DNA of 51,870 bases, from assembly GCA_036521235.1 (NCBI GenBank), contig DATDIE010000306.1:1-51870 (forward strand), written 5' to 3'. The position numbers were made by a program, and so were the translations under genes. Below, one piece after another: positions 45,872 to 51,870 of the stretch. The notes beneath the pieces are model-generated. The model was not told the DNA's origin. It worked only from the letters and a program-made list of their open reading frames with translations, and did not search any database. The stretch's first letter is position 1, and every line of letters starts with the position of its first letter. This stretch comes from Acidimicrobiales bacterium (GTDB lineage: Bacteria; Actinomycetota; Acidimicrobiia; Acidimicrobiales; RAAP-2).

Positions 45872-46744
45872 TCAGCCCCCGAGGGCTTGCGTCACCACCG
45901 TCACGTCCCTCGGGCCGAGCCCGCGGCCGGCGATCTCGTCCCACTCCGCAGCTAGCGCGCCGAGGACCTTGAACTGGTCGGCCCCTCCCTCGGCGAGCGC
46001 GAGGTGCACGTCCTTCAGCGCGAGCTCGAGCGCGAACTCGGCAGAGTAATCATCGTTTTGGATCCGGCGTAGTTTGCCGGACTCCCACGGTGAGATGAGC
46101 GGTCCACCGTCGAACGCGTCGACGACGCCCGCGATCGGGAGACCCAACCGGTGGGCCAAACCGAGGGAGTTGGCGACGCCCTCGGCGGTGAAGGCGAGCA
46201 GCACGTTGTTCACCAGCTTCATGCGAGAGCCGTTCCCGACCGCGCCGAGCCAGATGGTCCGTTGTCCGATGGCGCTGAACACGGGGTCGACCAGCGGGCG
46301 CGCCGCATCCGGGCCGGAGGCGAAGACCAACAGCGTGCCGTTCTCCGCGGGCACTTTGCTCCCCGACACCGGCGCGTCGACGAACAGCGCCTCGGGGCGC
46401 TTCACCGCGACAAGGGTCGCGAGCTCCATGGTCCCCTCGAGGCCGATCGTGCTCATCTGAGCCCACACGGCCTGGGGGCGCAGCGCCTCGATCAGGCCCT
46501 GCTCGGTCGCGATCGATCGGACCGCGTCGGCGTTGGTGACCATGGTGACGACCACATCGGCGCCGGCCGCCGCGTCAGCCACCGACGGCGCCACTTCGAC
46601 GTCGGTCCCCTTGAACACCTCGGTCGCGGCGGGGTTCCGGTTCCAGACCACCAACGGGAGGCCGGCTCTGTGCGCGGTCTGGGCGATGGCTGTCCCCATG
46701 GTGCCGAGGCCGAGGACGGCGAGCTTTGGCTTGTCGGTCGTCAT
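45872..46744 (-). CDS. NAD(P)-dependent oxidoreductase of the 3-hydroxyisobutyrate / 6-phosphogluconate dehydrogenase-like family
   Basis: It carries LAVLGLGTMGTAIA..VWNRN..DAPVSGS..GNGSRMKLVNN. Confidence 0.85.
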   Translation of the reverse strand: MTTDKPKLAVLGLGTMGTAIAQTAHRAGLPLVVWNRNPAATEVFKGTDVEVAPSVADAAAGADVVVTMVTNADAVRSIATEQGLIEALRPQAVWAQMSTIGLEGTMELATLVAVKRPEALFVDAPVSGSKVPAENGTLLVFASGPDAARPLVDPVFSAIGQRTIWLGAVGNGSRMKLVNNVLLAFTAEGVANSLGLAHRLGLPIAGVVDAFDGGPLISPWESGKLRRIQNDDYSAEFALELALKDVHLALAEGGADQFKVLGALAAEWDEIAGRGLGPRDVTVVTQALGG

Positions 46745-46864
46745 GGCTTCATCTTCGGCCAGCGGTGGACGAAAGACAACGGGCGAGGGGCGTGCTGCTC
46801 GTGGTGTCCTTGGAACCGCGGTTGCCGGGAGGCGGCTCGAGATCGCGCCGAGCCTCAGCGGTCT

Positions 46865-48142
46865 TCAGGCGTCGGTCGTCGACGTCGCCGCCGGTTCGGC
46901 CGGCTCGGGAGCGCCACCTTTGTCCACCTGCTGCACCGGTTCCGAGCGCCCCGCGGTGGGCAGTGGCCGCAGCCACTCATAGGCGGAGAGCGCCAGCGTC
47001 AGGACGCCGAAGCCCGCGCCCAGCAGGCACACCCCCGCCCACCCGTGCGTGTCGTAGAGCGTGCCGGCGCTGACCGAGCCGAGGGCGCCGCCGATGAAGT
47101 AGCAGACCATGTACGCGCTGGTGATGCGGCTGCGGGCGTCCGGGCGGAGCGCGTAGATGATCGCCTGGTTCGTGATCTGCATGCCCTGCGTGCCCATGTC
47201 GAGCACGACGATGCCGACGATCAGCGCGGCCAGCGAGGTGCGGCCCGCCCACAGGAGGGCGAACGAGGCGGTCAGCAGGAGGCCGGCGACGATGGTGGTC
47301 AGCGTGTGACGGGCCGAGTCGGCCAGCTTGCCCGCCACGTTGGCCGCCACGATCCCGCCGGCTCCGACGAGACCGAAGAGGCCGATGACGGCGGAGGAGT
47401 AGTCGTACGGGCGGCCCGACAGCAGGAACGCGAGCGTGGTCCACAGGACGCTGAAGGCGCCGAAGGCGACGGCGCCGTGCCAGGCGCGGCGGCGCAGGAC
47501 CGGCTCGGTGACGAGCAGCCGCAGCGACGTGCCGACCAGCGCGGCGTACGTGTGGTGCGGGCGGGGGCCCTCGGCCGGCAGCGCCCGCCACAGGACGAGC
47601 GCGAAGCAGAGCATCAGGCCGGCGGACAGCCAGTAGATGCCGCGCCAGCCGCCCGTCACCTGCGCCACGAAGCCCGACACCGTGCGGGCCAGCAGGATGC
47701 CGAGCAGCAGGCCGGTCATGATGCGCGCCACGACGCGTCCCCGCCGTTCCTCGGGGGCGAGGTCGGCGGCGAAGGGGATCATCACCTGCCCGGCCACCGA
47801 CAACGCGCCGACGGCCAGCGAGGCCAGGGTGAAGACCCACAGGCTGGGGGCGAGGGCGGACGCGACCAGGGCGACCGCATCGAAGCAGAAGAGCCGCACG
47901 ACGAGGGTGCGCCGCGGATGGAGGTCGCCCAGCGGAACGACGAGGAGCAGCCCCGCCGCGTAGCCGACCTGCGTCGCCGTGATCACCCACGACGTCAGCC
48001 CGGGGCCGGTCCCGAAGGTGCCGGCGATGCGGTGCAGCAGCGGCTGCGCGTAGTACAGGTTCGCCACGATGGCGCCCGTGGCCACGGCGATGAGCGTGAC
48101 GAGCGCGCGCGACAGGGCGCCCTGGGAGGCTGCGGGGGCCAT
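46865..48142 (-). CDS. MFS transporter
   Basis: The 425-aa ORF has about 12 hydrophobic segments and a PLGDLHPRR loop motif. Confidence 0.85.
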   Translation of the reverse strand: MAPAASQGALSRALVTLIAVATGAIVANLYYAQPLLHRIAGTFGTGPGLTSWVITATQVGYAAGLLLVVPLGDLHPRRTLVVRLFCFDAVALVASALAPSLWVFTLASLAVGALSVAGQVMIPFAADLAPEERRGRVVARIMTGLLLGILLARTVSGFVAQVTGGWRGIYWLSAGLMLCFALVLWRALPAEGPRPHHTYAALVGTSLRLLVTEPVLRRRAWHGAVAFGAFSVLWTTLAFLLSGRPYDYSSAVIGLFGLVGAGGIVAANVAGKLADSARHTLTTIVAGLLLTASFALLWAGRTSLAALIVGIVVLDMGTQGMQITNQAIIYALRPDARSRITSAYMVCYFIGGALGSVSAGTLYDTHGWAGVCLLGAGFGVLTLALSAYEWLRPLPTAGRSEPVQQVDKGGAPEPAEPAATSTTDA

Positions 48143-48275
48143 CCGCCCAGGGTACCGGCGCTCTCGGCCGCTGGAGGCGGGCGTCGCCGACTCGGCCGAG
48201 GGATGGACCGGCCTTGTGCAACCGCTCTGAGTCAGGCCTTCGGTCCGGCCTGGACGGCTCAGCTCAGCCGCAGGA

Positions 48276-48710
48276 TCAGATGTGCCCGCCGCGCCGGCTC
48301 TCGGCGGTGACGCCGGTCAGCGCGGTGAGGATCAGCGGGATGGCGAGGAAGGCCAGCCAGACTCCGAAGACAAAGGCCAATACGAGGAAGAACGCGCCCA
48401 TGCCCAGCACGAAGGGCCAGATCGACGAGCCGGGAAACGAGTCGATCTCTCCGGCGCCGTCCTTCATCTCGGCGTCCTCGCGGTCGTCGGCCGCGTCGCC
48501 GACCTCGGGGATCTTGCCGACGAAGAAGTACTTGTGCCCGTGGTAGCGCCGGTACCAGAAGAAGTAGTAGCTGCCGGGGAGGAAGCCGAGCAGGGTCGCG
48601 CCCAGGAGCATGACGCCGCCGCCGTCCTCGTAGCTCCAGAACCAATAGACGAGGCCGATGAGCCCGAAGAAGGCGCCGAGGAAGAGCAGGAAGACCGCCG
48701 ATGTCTTCAT
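48276..48710 (-). CDS. ctaF: Cytochrome c oxidase subunit IV (actinobacterial CtaF)
   Basis: The 144-aa ORF has 4 TM helices and reads [33 protein letters not shown]. Its ATG overlaps the ctaD stop (ATGA). Confidence 0.85.
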   Translation of the reverse strand: MKTSAVFLLFLGAFFGLIGLVYWFWSYEDGGGVMLLGATLLGFLPGSYYFFWYRRYHGHKYFFVGKIPEVGDAADDREDAEMKDGAGEIDSFPGSSIWPFVLGMGAFFLVLAFVFGVWLAFLAIPLILTALTGVTAESRRGGHI

Positions 48711-50542
48711 ACGCCGGCCTTGACCTTTCCGTTTCCGCTCTTGCCGTTGGCGTGCCCGTTGCTCCCGCCCCCTCTGGTGTGGGGGACCGTCACGTGCTCA
48801 GGGTGGTTGTAGTCCCAGGTCGGGCGCTCCGAGCGGATCGGCGGCAGGTGCGTGTAGTTGTGGTGCGGCGGCGGCGACGTGGTGAACCACTCAAGCGTCT
48901 GAGCGTCCCAGGGGTTGTTCCCGGCCGGGATCGGCCTGCGCCACGACACGAAGAAGTTCACCAACAGGAAGGCGAACGAGATCCCGATGATGAACGCGCC
49001 GACCGTCGAGACGACGTTGTAGCTCTCCCAGCCCAGGTTCGACGGGTACGACGCCACCCGCCGCGGCATCCCGAGCAGGCCGACGACGTACTGGGGCATG
49101 TAGCAGATCCAGAAACCGATGAACATCAGCCAGAAGTGCCACTTGCCCAGGTTGTCGCGCAGCATGCGGCCGAAGAACTTCGGGTACCAGTAGTAGACCC
49201 CGGCGAAGCCGGCGAAGACGGCGGTGCCGAAGAGGACCTGGTGGAAGTGGGCCACGACGAAGTACGTGTCGTGGGTGGCGAAGTCGATCGGCGGCGAGGC
49301 CAGCATGATGCCCGTCACGCCCCCCATCAGGAAGGCGAACAGGAAACCTATACAGAACAGCATCGGGGTCGGGAAGCTCAATTGGCCATGCCACATGGTC
49401 CCGATCCAGTTGAAGAACTTGATGCCGGTGGGCACCGCGATCAGCAGGCTGAGGAACGAGAAGAACGGCAGCAACACGGCGCCGGTGGTGAACATGTGGT
49501 GGGCCCAGACCCCCGTCGACAGGGCGGCGATGGCCATGGTGGCGAAGACCATGCCCTTGTAGCCGAAGACGGGGCGGCGCGAGAAGACGGGCAGGATCTC
49601 GGTGACGATGCCGAAGAACGGCAGGGCGAGGATATAGACCTCCGGATGGCCGAAGAACCAGAAGAGGTTCTGCCATAACAAGGGCGACCCGCATGAGGGC
49701 GCGACGGCACCACTGACGAGGTGACAGCCCGTCGCCGTGAAGATGTGGGTGCCGAAGTGGCGGTCGCAGAAGAGCATCACCAGCGCGGCGGTGAGCACGG
49801 GGAACGCGATCAGGATCAAGATCCCGGTCACCAGCATGTTCCAGGTGAAGATCGGCATGCGGAACATCGTCATGCCCGGCGCGCGCAAGTAGAAGATCGT
49901 CGCGCACAGGTTGACGCCGGTGAAGATGGCGGAGAACCCCGTGAGCACCAGGGCCATGATCCACAGGTCGGGCCCGGCGCCCGGGGAGCTCGTCGCGCTC
50001 GACAGCGGGGCGTACGCCACCCAACCGAACTGGGCGGCGCCGCCGGCCACGAAGAACGTCATGAGCATCGTGATCGACCCGCCCAAGAAGAGCCAGTAGC
50101 TCAGCGCGTTGAGGCGGGGGAAGGCCATGTCCGGCGCGCCGATCTGGAGCGGCACGATGAAGTTGGCCAGGCCGCCGAACGCAATCGGGCCGGCGAAGAG
50201 GTACATCATCAGGCTGCCGTGCATCGTGAACAGCGCGTTGAACTGGGCGAAAGTCAGGAACGACGAGTGCGGCGTGGTGAGCTGGATCCGCATCAACAGC
50301 GCCATGATCCCGGCGATGTAGAAGACCGCGATCGCCGTGATCATGTAGCTCATCCCGATGACCTTGTGGTCGGTCGAGGTCAGCCACTTGAGGATGCCGG
50401 TCGGGCCGTGGTCCTCGTGCGCGCCGTGGGCGTCGTGATCGCCGGGGACCTGCGGAGGGAGGACCTCGGTCTGTTGTGCGCCGCCAGGGGCGATGACGTC
50501 AGTCACCGTAGTAAGCGCCTCCCGTATTGCCGGTGTTGCCAC
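48707..50542 (-). CDS. ctaD: Cytochrome c oxidase subunit I
   Basis: The sequence [55 protein letters not shown] is CtaD-like. ATG 50542 overlaps ctaC by 44 nt. In-frame GTG 50506 overlaps it by 8 nt and is the alternative. Confidence 0.95.
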   Translation of the reverse strand: MATPAIREALTTVTDVIAPGGAQQTEVLPPQVPGDHDAHGAHEDHGPTGILKWLTSTDHKVIGMSYMITAIAVFYIAGIMALLMRIQLTTPHSSFLTFAQFNALFTMHGSLMMYLFAGPIAFGGLANFIVPLQIGAPDMAFPRLNALSYWLFLGGSITMLMTFFVAGGAAQFGWVAYAPLSSATSSPGAGPDLWIMALVLTGFSAIFTGVNLCATIFYLRAPGMTMFRMPIFTWNMLVTGILILIAFPVLTAALVMLFCDRHFGTHIFTATGCHLVSGAVAPSCGSPLLWQNLFWFFGHPEVYILALPFFGIVTEILPVFSRRPVFGYKGMVFATMAIAALSTGVWAHHMFTTGAVLLPFFSFLSLLIAVPTGIKFFNWIGTMWHGQLSFPTPMLFCIGFLFAFLMGGVTGIMLASPPIDFATHDTYFVVAHFHQVLFGTAVFAGFAGVYYWYPKFFGRMLRDNLGKWHFWLMFIGFWICYMPQYVVGLLGMPRRVASYPSNLGWESYNVVSTVGAFIIGISFAFLLVNFFVSWRRPIPAGNNPWDAQTLEWFTTSPPPHHNYTHLPPIRSERPTWDYNHPEHVTVPHTRGGGSNGHANGKSGNGKVKAGV

Positions 50543-51449
50543 TGTTACCAGTGCCGGAGTTGCCCGAATTGCCAGAGTAGCCCGGTGCCGTCCCGTTGAT
50601 GTTGCCCTTCACGGCGCTCGGCAGCTGCCCGACCGAGTTCGGGTGGGACCGCTGGAACGCCCCCGTCACCCGCAGCCACGTCCGGTAGTCGCTCGGGCTC
50701 ACGGAACGGACGTTGAAGAACATCAAGGAGTGATACAGCCCGCACAGCTGGGTGCACTGGCCCCGGTACACGCCGTTGTGCAGGACGTTGAGGTCGAACG
50801 ACGTCCAGTACCCGGGGCTGGCGTAGCGGCTGAAGTTGAACTCGGGCACGTAGAACCCGTGCAGCACGTCGTAGGAGCGCAGGTAGACGCGGACCGTCTC
50901 GTTCGTCGGGAGCATCATCGTCGGTGCGTCGGTCGTTTGCCCGATCACCTTGACGCCGTTGCTGTACTGGAACTCCCACCCCCATTGGAAGGCGTACACG
51001 TGGATCGTCGTGTACGGGTTCGGCGTCACCGCGTCGACCGTGTTCTCCACGAAGACGGTGGCGATGAACAGGCCGATCACCGTGAGGATCGGCGTCACGG
51101 TGTAGATGATCTCGGTGAGCGTGTGGTACTGCGTCTGGCGCGGGATGTCGTCCGAGCGGCGCCGGTAGCGGAAGATCGCCCAGAGGATCAGCAGGAGGAC
51201 GAAGCCGCCGACGATGATGCCGGCGATGAAGAAGCCCTGCCAGAGATGGAACGTCGAGCGGGCCTGCGAGGTAGCGCCCTTGTAGCCGCCGAAGGTCGGG
51301 AGCTGGCAGCCGGTGAGGAGCAGCGCCCCGAGGAGCACGCCGCCGAGCGCGAGGCGCTGCCGGCGGCGGGGGGTCTTGGTGCGCTGACTGCCGCTGTGAC
51401 CTGGGCTTTCGGGCGTGTGCGCAGAAGGGCCGGTCAGCGACGAGTCCAC
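50499..51449 (-). CDS. ctaC: Cytochrome c oxidase subunit II (lipoprotein-type signal, CuA site, low-complexity C-terminal tail)
   Basis: This is the C-terminal 316 aa of ORF 50499..51695. GTG 51449 follows an AT-rich stretch. It has the lipobox LLLTGC, two TM helices and the CuA motif [20 protein letters not shown]. The tail is [18 protein letters not shown]. Confidence 0.9.
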   Translation of the reverse strand: MDSSLTGPSAHTPESPGHSGSQRTKTPRRRQRLALGGVLLGALLLTGCQLPTFGGYKGATSQARSTFHLWQGFFIAGIIVGGFVLLLILWAIFRYRRRSDDIPRQTQYHTLTEIIYTVTPILTVIGLFIATVFVENTVDAVTPNPYTTIHVYAFQWGWEFQYSNGVKVIGQTTDAPTMMLPTNETVRVYLRSYDVLHGFYVPEFNFSRYASPGYWTSFDLNVLHNGVYRGQCTQLCGLYHSLMFFNVRSVSPSDYRTWLRVTGAFQRSHPNSVGQLPSAVKGNINGTAPGYSGNSGNSGTGNSGNTGNTGGAYYGD

Positions 51450-51529
51450 CGCGGTGACATTATCGAACCGGCCCAAAAAACACGAAATGAGCAGCCCAGA
51501 GGCCTTCGGCCCCTTCGCCGCCCCCGCCC

Positions 51530-51870
51530 TCAGTGGGTGTGCGGCTGCGCCCCTCCGCCCGAACCCCCGCCCGATTCGTTGGCGGCCCAGTTGAAGACGC
51601 CCCGGGCCATGGTCGACGTGGCCCGGGTGGCGCGGGCGGCAAAGACCTCGTGGCGGGCCCGCTGTGTGGCCGGGTCGTCCGGGGCGGCCAGCCACGCGTG
51701 CTCGGCCAGGTGTCCCGCCAGCCGTAACGCCGCCTCCGCCTCCGCCTCGCCGGACCCGGGAGCGGGCGACTCGTTCGCCACCGCCAGGAGCTCGAGCGCC
51801 CGGTCGGCCAGGGCCCCGGGACCGCCGGCCAGCTCGGCCAGCTCCATCGCCAGCGCACGCTCCGGGGCGG
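51530..51870 (-). CDS. 3' portion of a gene truncated by the window edge. It may be the helical C-terminal region of an MBL-fold/alkyl-sulfatase-like hydrolase.
   Basis: The frame is open to the window end and reads ..LAELAGGPGALADRALELLA..LRLAGHLAEHAWLAAPDDPATQRARHEVFAARATRATSTMARGVFNWAANES. The family assignment is from memory of similar C-termini and is tentative. Confidence 0.45.
   Translation of the reverse strand, partial: APERALAMELAELAGGPGALADRALELLAVANESPAPGSGEAEAEAALRLAGHLAEHAWLAAPDDPATQRARHEVFAARATRATSTMARGVFNWAANESGGGSGGGAQPHTH

Noticed and set aside
46151-48310. A 719-aa + strand ORF spanning the dehydrogenase and MFS genes.
   Set aside because: It lies antisense to two well-supported minus-strand genes. 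Its translation is Arg/Gly/Asp/Glu-rich and low in complexity.

Overview
This is a very GC-rich segment with strong GC3 codon bias and an actinobacterial-type gene order. A possible Acidimicrobiia-like origin is inference only. Almost all of it is tightly packed core respiratory and tetrapyrrole metabolism.

**Gene content, in order along the window:**
- (hemC tail)-cobA-hemD-hemB-hemL-HIT on the + strand.
- A geranylgeranyl/menaquinone-reductase-like gene on the - strand.
- A complete 14-gene nuoA-N operon at 6.1-22.3 kb. Nearly every junction is a 1-8 nt start/stop overlap.
- A Pro/Thr-rich membrane protein.
- A minus-strand pair: a 1050-aa DUF2156 (aminoacyl-PG-synthase-type) membrane protein followed by a PNPOx-like gene. 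A HAD phosphatase lies divergent to this pair.
- A translationally coupled minus-strand chain: ybjQ-like, hemE, hemH, hemY, Lnt-like.
- helD.
- ctaE-qcrCAB.
- A roughly 9 kb accessory stretch at 39.3-48.2 kb. It holds an SCO6745-like protein, two SDRs, a nucleotidyl cyclase-YHS fusion, a VOC gene remnant, MpaB/DUF2236 with TetR, ArsR-SRPBCC with VOC, an HIBADH-type dehydrogenase and an MFS transporter.
- ctaC-ctaD-ctaF on the - strand, and a truncated gene at the right edge.

**What I did not find:** no tRNA or rRNA genes, CRISPR array, transposase, integrase or clear mobile element. I also could not identify an unambiguous new multi-gene system.

**Observations most worth follow-up:**
- The atypical DUF2156 fusion protein and its neighbours.
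- An Lnt homologue whose catalytic Cys codon is Ser.
- A cyclase-YHS fusion.
- A conserved-looking ORF with no canonical start codon, directly after qcrB.
- Lineage-specific extensions or insertions in NuoI, NuoD, NuoN, CtaD and CtaC.
- Two clean promoter/operator/leaderless-start architectures, upstream of mpaB-like and arsR-like.

All homology calls come from reading motifs in the supplied translations. No database search was run.
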